Part shown: one piece after another, positions 1-11,054 of the stretch | Position numbering within the stretch: position 1 is the stretch's first letter | Layout: each line of letters opens with the position of its first letter | Source of the DNA: a virus | Lineage: Duplodnaviria; Heunggongvirae; Uroviricota; Caudoviricetes | Strand: one strand, 5' to 3' | IMG/VR virus record: IMGVR_UViG_3300026980_000004 | DNA: 64,000 nucleotides | The notes under the pieces: generated by a model | Databases searched by the model: none | Told to the model about the DNA's origin: nothing | Seen by the model: only the letters and a program-made list of their open reading frames with translations | Position numbers and translations under genes: made by a program

Positions 1-29
1 GTTTTAAACGGTTTATAATTTAAAGTATT

Positions 30-3000
30 TTGAGTAAGAAAAGAATCATAAGAGATAGTATATTTAATGAAAACGTTGTCAATACTTCGTTTTCAAATCC
101 GAGTACATCAACAGTATATAGACTCGGTGAATTCACACTTGACACCAATCTAGATGATCGGGTTATTGGTGATTTTACCAATAAAATTTCTTCTTTCTCA
201 AAAGAATATACACTCGAAACAATTGGTATTGATACCATAATATCACAAAAAATATATGAAACTGGTAATAAGTTAAAAATTAATGTAGATTACAATAATA
301 TAAGATCGTATTCTAGATATGGTTCTGTTGAAGATTTATTTAAATATACGATTAAAAATATTGTTGAAAAATTTCCATATTCAATATATTTAACAAGTGA
401 ATTAAATACTGGTAATATTAATTCAATCACAAATTTTCAATATGATGAGATAAATAATACATCAACATTTAATATACCAGTTATTTCAATAATAAATAAA
501 GGTAATTTAATTATTGATTCTACAAACTTTGTTGAAAATGATATAAAGAATTTTAACATATCAAAAACAAAATATGTTATATGGGATTTTGAAAATCCAG
601 ATACAGAATATCCAATAATTGATTTTAGTGGTAATATTAATACCGATTCATTTATTACAATAACCGCAGCTGGTAGAGTTTTTGATTTAACAAATAGTAC
701 ATTATCTAAAAATTTTCATATTAAACCTAATAAAGATGAATATAATAGGATTATATATGAATTTAATGATATTGAAAAATATTTTTTATCTAATAAAACA
801 AACGAGGGTTTTAAATTTAAATTAAAGGTATTAAATGAAAGAGCAATAGATAGATTTAACAATAAATCAATATTATGGCCAACAACAGATGGATATAATA
901 TTGATTATGAAGATGTTATCTATAATAATTTTGTTAATGATTTAATCAAGATTGGTATTTTATATGATGAATATAAGACTGATTTAATATATAGGATGTA
1001 TTTACCACAATCAATCAAAGAATTTGATTTAACATCCGATAGTAAATTAAAAAAGCTAATTAGAACATATGGATATAATTTTGATAATATAAGAAAGTTA
1101 ATTGATGGATTTGCAACGTTAAATAATTTAACATATAAAAAAGAAGGTTCAATACCTGATATACTCGTAAAAAATCTTGCAAAGGTACTTGGATGGAATG
1201 TAAATGATATCTTAACAGAAGATGATTTAATGTCAAAAATATTTACAACAAAAACACAAGATATATCAAATAGTTTATTACCTTCCGAAATCAATATTGA
1301 ATTATGGAAAAGAATTTTAATCAATACCAAATGGTTTTTCAAATCAAAGGGTACTAGAAAATCTATTGAAACAATATTTAAATTAATTGGAATACCAGAG
1401 GATTTTATTAACTTAAATGAATATGTTTATCTTGCAGATAAGGAATTAAATGAAAATGAAAGAATAGATTCAACAAGAACAAATGTATTGGGTAATGTAG
1501 TTGTTAACGATCCTTCATATGATACTAATGGTTATCCGATTGCACCGCAAGAGAATAATCAATATTACTTTCAAGTGTCTGGAAATACAGATTCTGGACA
1601 AACATATATCAATAGATTTAGAGAAAATGGTTTTAATATAAAAACACAAGAAGATAATAAAAAATCATGGGTATATGTTGAAAATTATCATATAAGAACT
1701 GATGAGAATTCTATTTATTCAAGTAATGATTCTAGACTCGTAATCAATACAAAAGAAATTGATTTAGGTATTGATCCATCAAAAGCATTGTTGTTTGATA
1801 TTTTTAGATTCAATAAATCAAATAACTATCCAGTTTGTTCTAATGGTATATCGTTAAGTGTATTATATTTAAACGTATTATCAAACCCAGATCAGTTAAA
1901 TGTATTTGAAATACCAGATGTTCCAGATGGTGATATACAAGTTATATTAAACGGTATTGTATTGGTTGAAAATACTGATTATACCGTAACTGGTGTTGAT
2001 AATAATATAATTGAAATTACAAAGTCTGGATTTAATTATATTAATGATGTTGTAACAGTAACATATGTTGTTAATAATACAACTAATCAAGTTGATTATA
2101 ATATATTTAAACCAACAATAACATCAAACGGACAAACAATCATAACATTACCAGTTGAACCATCTGGTGATATTCAGTTGGTATTAAACGGATATACACT
2201 CGTTAATGGAAAAGACTTTTATATAAACCCAAATAATAGAACACAATTAATATTAACAAATGTTAATATATTAACAACAGATATATTGTCTGTTATGTAT
2301 ATTAATGAGTTGAGTGGTTTAAATACCATTAAATATTCGGATAATTATACAGTATCTAATTATTACAATGATAAGTTATTTTATAATAATTATAATAATA
2401 GATATGTATTTGTTAGTGATTATATAATACCAAACAGTGCAAATGTTAAGGTTATTTTAAATGGTAGAACACTTGTAAATAATTCGGATTTTACCGTTAA
2501 TCAATCAAATAAAAAACAAATAATTTTTGATAAAAAGATTAAAATAAATATTAACGATGAAATAAATGTATTTTATCTATTAAACAATTCAGAAAATCAA
2601 GATTGTATAAATTTGGGTATTGATATAAATAATATTGAATTTTTTGAGTATGTTGATAAGGTATATAAAAATTTAATTAATGTAAGAAATAGAAAGATAA
2701 TAACAAATAACAGAGGTGGGGAATATCCAACATTATCTAAAATATATGATTTATATGTAAAATATAATCAGAATAATAGAACATATAATGGGTTGTATAG
2801 TTTTGTTAAAAATTTCGATAATCACTTTATTAGTTTTGTAGACCAATTATTACCAGCAACTACAATATTAAGAAAAAGTGGATTAATTGTAAACAATTCA
2901 ATACTTTCAAAACAAAAGTATAAATTCATTAGAGGTATTAACGATGGTGCTGAATATTTATCAGAATCATTAGTATATTCTTGTGATTTATTTGGAATTA

Positions 3001-4220
3001 GTGGTGTAACTAAAACACCAGCAACAACATCCCAAGATTTAGGGTCTGTTACATTTACAGTAACTGGTGATAATACAACAGTTGGACCAACTGAATTCTC
3101 AATAAATAATTTAATTTGGGAAGAGGGTATTACAACGAGTGGTGTAACCGAATACACATTGACTGGTTTAACATATGGTGAATATGAAATGTCAATCAGG
3201 GATGGTATTAATTGCCAATTATTGGAACCATTTGAAATTGAAAAAGATTGTACTTTATTGGAAATTACAGAAATTAATACAACAGATAAAATATCATCAA
3301 CGTTATTGGGTAGTATTGAAATTGTTGCAACTGGTGATACTAATATAACATATTCTATTGATGGTGGATTGAATTATTTTACAAATAATACGTTTACGGG
3401 TCTTGATATTGGTGATTATGATATTTATGTTAAAAATTCGATTGATTGTATTGTAACTGGTACAACATCAATAAGTGGAGTGTGTGATATAACCATTACC
3501 GATATTGAAGTTATTAATTGTACACCGAATGGATATGAAAGTAGACTTGATAGTGGTTTGATTTACGAAAATAATACATTATCAGTATTTTTAAATTATG
3601 ATTTTACAATTGATAATAATTTTAATAAATATGTAAGAGACAAGATTACAATAACAGAAACAACAACAAATGAGGTTATATTGGAAAAATGGATCGAATT
3701 TGATGTTGAGACTGGACAGGATACAATAGAATTGGGTATTGTTTGGGAATATGAAAATGTTCCAACCTATTCCAATTTTAATTTTGAAATAGCATATTTA
3801 TCAGAACCAGAAATATCTTGTGAGCCATTTACAACGCCATTACCAGCCGAAGTATTTAACCCAATACCAGAACAACCACAATTGCAAGTTGTGGCCGTAA
3901 ACGCATTAACAGGACCTTGTGGCATAGGTGGTGAAGATGATGTATATATTGGTGCTAGTGTTGAATTGAATGTTGCAACACCAAGTAGAATTGAAGTTGG
4001 TGTGGATGTTAAATATTTGGTTGATGGTGATACGAATTGTTCAAATCCTGGTATATTCCAAACTGTATATTTTGCAATTGAAGCTGGTGAAAAAATTGGT
4101 GAATTAAACGAATGTGATGGATTGTATGTTGAGAATTTATCACAAGTATGTGATAATGGAACTTGTATATCTTATATAAGTGATAGTAATGTTGATTTAA
4201 ATGGATTTGGTTGCCCATGA
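30..4220 (+). CDS. Large baseplate wedge-like structural protein (P2 gpI/T4 gp7-like segment, three small beta-repeat domains, SprB-like repeat)
   Basis: 1396 aa, TTG start. PDILVKNLAKVLGW...KSKGTRKSIETIFKLIGIP resembles Tail_P2_I-type wedge proteins; three VILNG/LVLNG..L....D[YF] repeats; GSIEIVATG...YSIDGG...FTGLDIGDYDIYVKNSIDC resembles a SprB repeat. Confidence 0.55.
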   Translation: MSKKRIIRDSIFNENVVNTSFSNPSTSTVYRLGEFTLDTNLDDRVIGDFTNKISSFSKEYTLETIGIDTIISQKIYETGNKLKINVDYNNIRSYSRYGSVEDLFKYTIKNIVEKFPYSIYLTSELNTGNINSITNFQYDEINNTSTFNIPVISIINKGNLIIDSTNFVENDIKNFNISKTKYVIWDFENPDTEYPIIDFSGNINTDSFITITAAGRVFDLTNSTLSKNFHIKPNKDEYNRIIYEFNDIEKYFLSNKTNEGFKFKLKVLNERAIDRFNNKSILWPTTDGYNIDYEDVIYNNFVNDLIKIGILYDEYKTDLIYRMYLPQSIKEFDLTSDSKLKKLIRTYGYNFDNIRKLIDGFATLNNLTYKKEGSIPDILVKNLAKVLGWNVNDILTEDDLMSKIFTTKTQDISNSLLPSEINIELWKRILINTKWFFKSKGTRKSIETIFKLIGIPEDFINLNEYVYLADKELNENERIDSTRTNVLGNVVVNDPSYDTNGYPIAPQENNQYYFQVSGNTDSGQTYINRFRENGFNIKTQEDNKKSWVYVENYHIRTDENSIYSSNDSRLVINTKEIDLGIDPSKALLFDIFRFNKSNNYPVCSNGISLSVLYLNVLSNPDQLNVFEIPDVPDGDIQVILNGIVLVENTDYTVTGVDNNIIEITKSGFNYINDVVTVTYVVNNTTNQVDYNIFKPTITSNGQTIITLPVEPSGDIQLVLNGYTLVNGKDFYINPNNRTQLILTNVNILTTDILSVMYINELSGLNTIKYSDNYTVSNYYNDKLFYNNYNNRYVFVSDYIIPNSANVKVILNGRTLVNNSDFTVNQSNKKQIIFDKKIKININDEINVFYLLNNSENQDCINLGIDINNIEFFEYVDKVYKNLINVRNRKIITNNRGGEYPTLSKIYDLYVKYNQNNRTYNGLYSFVKNFDNHFISFVDQLLPATTILRKSGLIVNNSILSKQKYKFIRGINDGAEYLSESLVYSCDLFGISGVTKTPATTSQDLGSVTFTVTGDNTTVGPTEFSINNLIWEEGITTSGVTEYTLTGLTYGEYEMSIRDGINCQLLEPFEIEKDCTLLEITEINTTDKISSTLLGSIEIVATGDTNITYSIDGGLNYFTNNTFTGLDIGDYDIYVKNSIDCIVTGTTSISGVCDITITDIEVINCTPNGYESRLDSGLIYENNTLSVFLNYDFTIDNNFNKYVRDKITITETTTNEVILEKWIEFDVETGQDTIELGIVWEYENVPTYSNFNFEIAYLSEPEISCEPFTTPLPAEVFNPIPEQPQLQVVAVNALTGPCGIGGEDDVYIGASVELNVATPSRIEVGVDVKYLVDGDTNCSNPGIFQTVYFAIEAGEKIGELNECDGLYVENLSQVCDNGTCISYISDSNVDLNGFGCP

Positions 4221-4873
4221 TAAATAAAGTTAAATTTACGGTAAATACCAGTTATGATGGTACTGCAATATATGAAATATATAGTGGGAGTACATGTAAT
4301 GTTGGTGGAACATTAATTACATCAGGTACTACAGAAGTTATTGATGGTGTTTCTGATGTGATTGTTGATAATGTTGATTTGAATGATGACATGTCGGTTA
4401 GAGTCATTGATTCGATACAATGCGAAACATGTGAATCATTTAATGTTACATTTGCAAATTGTACACCATTTAGTGGTACTGCAGAATATATTGCAACAAT
4501 ACCAGTTGTAAATCCTGATGTTTATTATGATTATACATCAAACGGATTTGGTACTGGTAGTTTTACAATTGATTATATTGCCGCATCAAATAATCAACCA
4601 GCACAATTAGATCTTAATCATACAGATACTCAAAATTCGGAGAGTTCAACAGGCAATCTTGCACCAAGAGGTGGAACCAATTTAGAAATTGCCGTAACAA
4701 ATACATCACAAATTAAAACTGTAACAAGTTTAGTTATATCTAAAAACGGTGCAGTTGTATATAATTCAGGAAACACTGTAGATCAACCAATTATAATTCA
4801 ATTTGCAGTTGCAAATCAAGATGTAATTGCAATAACAGCAGTTACTGACGGTGATAACCCATTAGCACCATAA
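4217..4873 (+). CDS. Putative virion structural protein (beta-rich)
   Basis: ATG at 4217 overlaps the upstream stop (ATGA), preferred over TTG 4211; T/S/N/V-rich; structural operon context. Confidence 0.5.
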   Translation: MINKVKFTVNTSYDGTAIYEIYSGSTCNVGGTLITSGTTEVIDGVSDVIVDNVDLNDDMSVRVIDSIQCETCESFNVTFANCTPFSGTAEYIATIPVVNPDVYYDYTSNGFGTGSFTIDYIAASNNQPAQLDLNHTDTQNSESSTGNLAPRGGTNLEIAVTNTSQIKTVTSLVISKNGAVVYNSGNTVDQPIIIQFAVANQDVIAITAVTDGDNPLAP

Positions 4874-4885
4874 AACATATAAATT

Positions 4886-5128
4886 ATGAATGTTAGAATT
4901 AAATTAAACGAACCATTAGGGTCTGATTTGGGACCATTCGATTTAACAGCAAATGTTGGGGTTGTTAGTCCATTACAAATATCACGTAATGATGCGATAA
5001 ATGGAGTTATCGTTGATATTGATGATAGTGCAACAACCGTTACAGTAACTTCTGTTACAACAAGTAACTGTAGTGGTAGTTCAATTACGTTGAATATAAC
5101 AGGCATACCAGAAGAACCAATTGTTTAA
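4886..5128 (+). CDS. Small structural hypothetical protein
   Basis: 80 aa ORF with A-rich leader, tightly packed in operon. Confidence 0.55.
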   Translation: MNVRIKLNEPLGSDLGPFDLTANVGVVSPLQISRNDAINGVIVDIDDSATTVTVTSVTTSNCSGSSITLNITGIPEEPIV

Positions 5129-5141
5129 GTATTTATAAAAT

Positions 5142-6422
5142 ATGTCATTTATACAAAAAATAGATCCAACAGTCATTTCGATTAAACTAACCAATGCTGG
5201 TAGAGAAAAATTAGCTAATGGTAGTTTTAATGTTTCCAGTTTTGCTATTGGTGATAGTGAAATTAATTATGATTTTTATAAAAGGAATGAAATAAATCCT
5301 AATAATTCGAATGTTTTAATACCATTTGAAAACATAAATGATATTAGATATAAAATAAAAAAATCATTTAATGATGAAAATTATATATATGATATTTCAC
5401 CAATTTCCTCAAAAGATATTGTATATAATGACGTGAATATGGGTTTTTTTGATGGTGATAATATCGAATTAATGAAATTCAATAGAGATAATGACAGGGT
5501 AAAAGAATCGGGTATAAAAATAGATATATCAACATTGACAACAAATACAAATATCGTAAATGTTATTCAAGATGATGATTATGTTGCAGGAACTGGTGTT
5601 GAAGTTGGTGATTATATATTAATAGGATGGACTAATCCATATACCGATTCATTTAATACAGATCAATTAAATTCAGAAGTTTATACACCATATATTTTTT
5701 ATAAGATTACTGCAATATCTGGAACAATTGGAGGAAATAATTTATCGTTGACACTAGATAGAAATGTACCAAATTTTGGTAGTGGTATAACATCGGATAC
5801 ATATTATGCATATTGTTTTATTTATCCTAAATATGATTCGATAAAAGATTATTATGGTACAGAATTTTTAAGTGATTATTGGAATTTTACCGATACTAAT
5901 TATATTGAAAATTGTTATAATCCGAACAATAAAGTTTATGTATGGAATTATACATTATTTTATCCTGAAAAATATATTGGTGTAAAGGATACTGATAAAA
6001 TACCAAATGATCTATATTCATATAAATATAAAAGTTTTTTGAATTATATATCAGCAACAAGTAAACAAGATGTGTATGGTATTATACATTATACAAATTC
6101 ATTACCAGATAATAATGTGGGTGAGGGTTTTTATGAAAATACTGCAGAATTATGGATACCAACATTGATGTGGCATAAGGGTAATACGAATAAATTGGGT
6201 GCTAAATTCGTATGTGAAGAAAATTATAATAATCTTACAGATATTGGTTTAAAATATTATAATTTGGTTGATGAAAATAATAATTATGTTGGTAAATGTT
6301 TTAGTGATTTAAAAATATTTTTAATTGAAGACCAAGAATTGGTACAAGTACTTGCATTTAAATCAAATAGAAATTGGACATTACCACAACCAGTTGTTGG
6401 TATTTCTAGTTTAGAATGTTGA
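5142..6422 (+). CDS. Baseplate/tail-collar protein, paralog of 7203..8897
   Basis: N-terminal IKLTNAGREKLANG...FAIGDSE resembles tail-collar fibre N-termini; shares motifs with 7203..8897 (DRNVPNFG/DRDLPNFG, GIIHYTN, PT.LWHK, DQEL, KSNRNWTL). Confidence 0.55.
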   Translation: MSFIQKIDPTVISIKLTNAGREKLANGSFNVSSFAIGDSEINYDFYKRNEINPNNSNVLIPFENINDIRYKIKKSFNDENYIYDISPISSKDIVYNDVNMGFFDGDNIELMKFNRDNDRVKESGIKIDISTLTTNTNIVNVIQDDDYVAGTGVEVGDYILIGWTNPYTDSFNTDQLNSEVYTPYIFYKITAISGTIGGNNLSLTLDRNVPNFGSGITSDTYYAYCFIYPKYDSIKDYYGTEFLSDYWNFTDTNYIENCYNPNNKVYVWNYTLFYPEKYIGVKDTDKIPNDLYSYKYKSFLNYISATSKQDVYGIIHYTNSLPDNNVGEGFYENTAELWIPTLMWHKGNTNKLGAKFVCEENYNNLTDIGLKYYNLVDENNNYVGKCFSDLKIFLIEDQELVQVLAFKSNRNWTLPQPVVGISSLEC

Positions 6423-6441
6423 TAGTATTTATATTAAAAAA

Positions 6442-7200
6442 ATGGCACAACCTTCAACAGTTTTTGTTACATATTTATTAGAGAATAATACAGCTTTATC
6501 GGAAAATGTAGGATTTGGATATAAAACACCAATTCATTGTAATTATATTCAAAGAATTGAAACAGAGGATGATTATACAAATAAAACAATAATCGTTAGT
6601 TTTCCAGATACTGAAATTTTTAGATTTATGAGGGGTCCATCTGAAATTACATCATCTAATGATGGGTATGGTTGGTCTGCTGATAAGTTTTATTTATTGA
6701 TACAGATAGTTTCAGGTATCGGTGATGATGTTAGACCCTTACCAAATATGTGGAAAAAATTTGATAAAACATCATCAATAAATAATTATAGTACATGGAT
6801 TAATACAGCAATACCACCGAGTGATTTAAAAATATCAAAATTTTTTGTAACTGGGGATGAATATGATAATAATAATATTTTCTATGATTTGAGTTATTTA
6901 AATTATCCGATTTCAACAGATGACAGTAATTTACAATTTGGTGAAGAGGTTTTTTTCTTTGGTAATGTTAAAGCAAAAATTGAAGCAACAATACATTCAA
7001 TGACAATAAATACAGTATTACCATTGAATGAATTCAATACATCACAAAATCCAACATGGACAGAGGGTGATACTGTTTATGTTACAGAAGTTGGAATATA
7101 TGATGAGGATGGGACATTATTGGGTATTGGTAAATTAAATGTTCCAATAGATAAAAATAGTGATAAATATAGAACAATTGAATTTAAGTTAGATTTTTAA
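6442..7200 (+). CDS. Baseplate/tail-collar protein
   Basis: C-terminal VYVTEVGIYDEDGTLLGIGKLNVPIDK...EFKLDF resembles the tail-collar/baseplate anchor domain. Confidence 0.55.
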   Translation: MAQPSTVFVTYLLENNTALSENVGFGYKTPIHCNYIQRIETEDDYTNKTIIVSFPDTEIFRFMRGPSEITSSNDGYGWSADKFYLLIQIVSGIGDDVRPLPNMWKKFDKTSSINNYSTWINTAIPPSDLKISKFFVTGDEYDNNNIFYDLSYLNYPISTDDSNLQFGEEVFFFGNVKAKIEATIHSMTINTVLPLNEFNTSQNPTWTEGDTVYVTEVGIYDEDGTLLGIGKLNVPIDKNSDKYRTIEFKLDF

Positions 7201-7202
7201 TA

Positions 7203-8897
7203 ATGGGATTTATATTAAAAGAGGATAATAGTGAAAGTACGTATGTTTACTGTAAATTAACAGAACAGGGTAGAATCAAAATTGCACAAGGTAATTTTAG
7301 ACCCGCATTTTTTTCTGTTGGTGATAGTGAATACCTATATGGTTTTTATAATGACGGTGAGGGTGCTGTTGATCCATTATCTGAAGATTCTTTAATATTA
7401 AAACCAATAGATGGATATAGGAAAATCAAAAATCCTATACTAAATACAACCGATGGTGAATCTAGAAATGTGTTTAATCAATTAACAACTAACTTAATAA
7501 CATATGAAAATGAAGTAGATGATACTGGATTTTTTTCAGGTACAACTTATAACCATATATTAAATAATAATAGTGACTATGTTGTACAGGGTGATATTAG
7601 AATTGATATATCTCAGTTAGATTCAAATAATAATAGGGAACTTGATATTGTTAAAAACACAACATACGGTTCAAATACAAATGAACCGAGTATTGGTGAT
7701 TATTTATTGGTTAATTGGTCAAATCCATATATAACATCAAATAATAATTTCAATGATGGTGTTATAAACGGTAATGCATTAATGGTATTTTTATGGTATA
7801 AAATTACAGAAATCAATGGACAATTATCCGATAATACATTAACAGTTACAGTAGATAGAGATTTACCTAATTTCGGTACAGGTGTTACAACACAATATTC
7901 ATATGGGGCGATATTTCCCAAATTTAATTCAATGGAGAATTTCTATAATAGTCAGTATAAATCTGATTATTGGGAAGATGGTATTTTGAATTTTGATAAA
8001 AATTGTAATACCCCACCACTTGAATCAAATATATGGAATTTAAATATTTTATATACTCAAGATATTGCAGGTATTAAAGAAAATAACAAACAATTAAAAA
8101 ATCAAAATTCGTCCAAATATGCTGGTTTTTTAAACTATATAACAACACCCGAATTTAATCATAAAAATATTGGTATTATTCATTATACAAATTATAATCC
8201 GTCAAATAAGTATGGTGAAAAATTTGTGGATGATATTTTTATTAATCTACCAACAATATTATGGCATAAAAATCAGGATGATAAAATTGGTGTACAATTT
8301 AAATCAGATAATGTGTTAAAAACATATACCGAAAATAATTTCACATTAAACTATTATTATTTAGTAGATAATTGGGATAATGTTGTTGGGTATATTTTCA
8401 ATGATTTGAAAATAATAACAATTACAGATCAAGAATTATTATATGCAATGAGTTATAAATCAAATAGAAATTGGACATTGGTTGAGCATGACGCACAATT
8501 TTCGGATTTTGGTTGTCCTGTGGATATTGGTGATATTGGAACATATTTTTACGGTACATATGAGGTACTTGGTGGAAATGTAACAATACCAACAGAGAAT
8601 GATATTGATATTTCGACAGGTGTTGCAGTGAATAATGTTAATTTAAATGATTTTGCAATAACAATACCTTTTAATTCTGGTGTAAATGATTTTATTTGGT
8701 TTGCAATACCATCCGCATTTCCGTTAAGAACTGAATGGTTTGTTACAATATTAAATAAGGGTATAATTGGTGGTGATAAAATAATAAGTGGAAATTTATT
8801 TCCTGATCCTGTTACAGTCACATATAATAATATTGAATATAGATTATATATAAGTAACTATAGAACTAATGCTGAATTTATTGATGTTTTAACATAA
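7203..8897 (+). CDS. Baseplate/tail-collar protein, paralog of 5142..6422 with extra C-terminal domain
   Basis: CKLTEQGRIKIAQGNFRPAFFSVGDSE N-terminus and shared internal motifs. Confidence 0.55.
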   Translation: MGFILKEDNSESTYVYCKLTEQGRIKIAQGNFRPAFFSVGDSEYLYGFYNDGEGAVDPLSEDSLILKPIDGYRKIKNPILNTTDGESRNVFNQLTTNLITYENEVDDTGFFSGTTYNHILNNNSDYVVQGDIRIDISQLDSNNNRELDIVKNTTYGSNTNEPSIGDYLLVNWSNPYITSNNNFNDGVINGNALMVFLWYKITEINGQLSDNTLTVTVDRDLPNFGTGVTTQYSYGAIFPKFNSMENFYNSQYKSDYWEDGILNFDKNCNTPPLESNIWNLNILYTQDIAGIKENNKQLKNQNSSKYAGFLNYITTPEFNHKNIGIIHYTNYNPSNKYGEKFVDDIFINLPTILWHKNQDDKIGVQFKSDNVLKTYTENNFTLNYYYLVDNWDNVVGYIFNDLKIITITDQELLYAMSYKSNRNWTLVEHDAQFSDFGCPVDIGDIGTYFYGTYEVLGGNVTIPTENDIDISTGVAVNNVNLNDFAITIPFNSGVNDFIWFAIPSAFPLRTEWFVTILNKGIIGGDKIISGNLFPDPVTVTYNNIEYRLYISNYRTNAEFIDVLT

Positions 8898-8898
8898 T

Positions 8899-10449
8899 AT
8901 GGCGATATTTGAATTTAATGATAGTTTATTAATTTTAGCTGGGAAACCAGTTGATGATAAATTTGGTCCTTATGTATCTATAGCTGCAGCAAATACAGCA
9001 ATACCACAAGCAAGAAGATATGCTGGATTGATATTTGGTGTTTATACAAATCCATCCGATATTCCAAATTCCGATATAGAATATTATTATTATTACGGTG
9101 ATTTCTCAGATTCAGAAGTAAAAAAACTTGTCGAATTAACACTACAGGAAATTACAGACAATAATAATACAACTACTACAACAATTGTACATGCAGATGC
9201 TGTAAACAATAATGAATCGACCACACTGGGTCAGGTTATTACACTAATAAATAATGCAACTGGTGGTGTTAGTGGTGATTTTGTACCATATACTGGTGCC
9301 ACAAAAACAGTTGAATTAGGTGATCAGGGTATTGAATCTGATTATATTGATATAGATTTAACACCCACATCAACAATACAAAAGGGTAGATTAGTATGGA
9401 GTGAATCTGATGGTAGTATTAAACTAGGTTTAAATACAAATATTAATACAAATCTTGGTTTGGATAATTATGTACTCGTTAAAAATCAAACGGGTAGTAC
9501 AATATCTAAAGGTAGAGTCGTAAAATATATTGGTAGTTCAACTACGGATGAAAAATTATTAGTATCATTGTCTGCGGGTACTGATGATGGTAAAAATATT
9601 TTAGGGATTGTTGGTGAAAATATTTCAAATACTCAAAAGGGTTTTGTTATAACAAATGGTTATATTAGTGGTATTAATACAACTGGTTCTTTATATGGTG
9701 AAACTTGGATAAATGGTGATTATTTATATGTGAGTAGTTCAGTTTCTGGTGGTCTTACAAAATTTAAACCAAATGGACCTAATATTAAAATACCAATTGC
9801 CATTGTTATAAAGGTCGGTTCATCTGACGGTATTTTATATGTTAAACCAGTAATATCACAAAATTTAGAAGATATAAATAACACATTTATATCAACAATA
9901 ACTCTAGCAAATAAAGATTTACTTGTTTATAATTCTTTTACTGGTAATTGGGAAAATGAATCACTTGAAGATTTATTAAATGGTGATGATACACAATTTG
10001 TTAAAGGTGATGGTAGTTTAGATTCTACAGCATATCAAACAGAGATTACTGGTGCCGCAACAACTATCACGGATGATGATTTAAATACCAACTTAGTTGT
10101 TGTTAGTGATGGTAGTGGGAAGATTGCAACGACAGGTATAACAACAACTGAATTAATTGCATTATCTGGTGTAACTGGGAATATACAAGATCAATTGGAT
10201 GAGGCATTAATTAAACCAGTTATTGGTGATATTATTAAAAAAGAAGATTTTGTATTTGTTAGTGGTGATACTTTTACTTTATCTGAAACTGCCGATTCGA
10301 TTAATACAATATTTGTCAATGGACAATTTATTCCTGATGATTACTATAGTTTAAGTGGTGATACTATAACATTTACTGGTGATATTATATTTGAAACAGA
10401 TCCAGAACCAGACCAAATACATGTTTATTATATTAAAGAAATGACATAA
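8899..10449 (+). CDS. Tail fibre-like structural protein
   Basis: Shares the VPYTGAT..V.LG...VKNQTGSTI.KG.VV module with 15716..21496; C-terminal IFVNGQ beta-repeat. Confidence 0.6.
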   Translation: MAIFEFNDSLLILAGKPVDDKFGPYVSIAAANTAIPQARRYAGLIFGVYTNPSDIPNSDIEYYYYYGDFSDSEVKKLVELTLQEITDNNNTTTTTIVHADAVNNNESTTLGQVITLINNATGGVSGDFVPYTGATKTVELGDQGIESDYIDIDLTPTSTIQKGRLVWSESDGSIKLGLNTNINTNLGLDNYVLVKNQTGSTISKGRVVKYIGSSTTDEKLLVSLSAGTDDGKNILGIVGENISNTQKGFVITNGYISGINTTGSLYGETWINGDYLYVSSSVSGGLTKFKPNGPNIKIPIAIVIKVGSSDGILYVKPVISQNLEDINNTFISTITLANKDLLVYNSFTGNWENESLEDLLNGDDTQFVKGDGSLDSTAYQTEITGAATTITDDDLNTNLVVVSDGSGKIATTGITTTELIALSGVTGNIQDQLDEALIKPVIGDIIKKEDFVFVSGDTFTLSETADSINTIFVNGQFIPDDYYSLSGDTITFTGDIIFETDPEPDQIHVYYIKEMT

Positions 10450-10474
10450 TAGTATTTATATAAAAATTATATAA

Positions 10475-11050
10475 ATGGCTATTTTGTTAGAAAAGGATAA
10501 ACTTAAAAGAGGTCAAATTGTTCAATACCAACCTGAACAGATACCTGCAAATTCATTCAGTAAACTATTATTCGATAAAGAAGAGGGGTATATTGTTGGT
10601 ACCGCAACTCAACCATTATCGGCAAATACCATTACACTGGATTTAACAAATGCATTTATTGGTTCAGAATCCGAAATTTTTCATCAGGGGTCGATATTAC
10701 CCACATATTCACCATTTAGTGGTTCAATTGGAATTGTTTCAGAATTTGGTAAATATACTGTTAATGAATTAAATATTATCACAATAAAATATATCGGTAA
10801 TGATAGTATAAAAATTACATATAATAGAAATATAACACAAGAAGATGTAACTGGTGATAAAAACTATGTTCATCTACAGGGTCCTCCATCAAATACTTGG
10901 TCATTTACACATAATTTAGATAAAAAACCATCTGTAACCATAATCGATAGTTCTGGAAATATGGTTGTTGGTTCGTTAACATACGTAGATTTAAATAATA
11001 TTACCCTACAATTTGCTTCACCCATCAGTGGTGAGGCTATTTGCAATTAA
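10475..11050 (+). CDS. Tail-associated structural protein
   Basis: C-terminal WSFTHNLDKKPSVTIIDSSG domain seen in phage fibre-associated proteins; upstream GTATTTATA motif. Confidence 0.5.
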   Translation: MAILLEKDKLKRGQIVQYQPEQIPANSFSKLLFDKEEGYIVGTATQPLSANTITLDLTNAFIGSESEIFHQGSILPTYSPFSGSIGIVSEFGKYTVNELNIITIKYIGNDSIKITYNRNITQEDVTGDKNYVHLQGPPSNTWSFTHNLDKKPSVTIIDSSGNMVVGSLTYVDLNNITLQFASPISGEAICN

Positions 11051-11054
11051 TTAG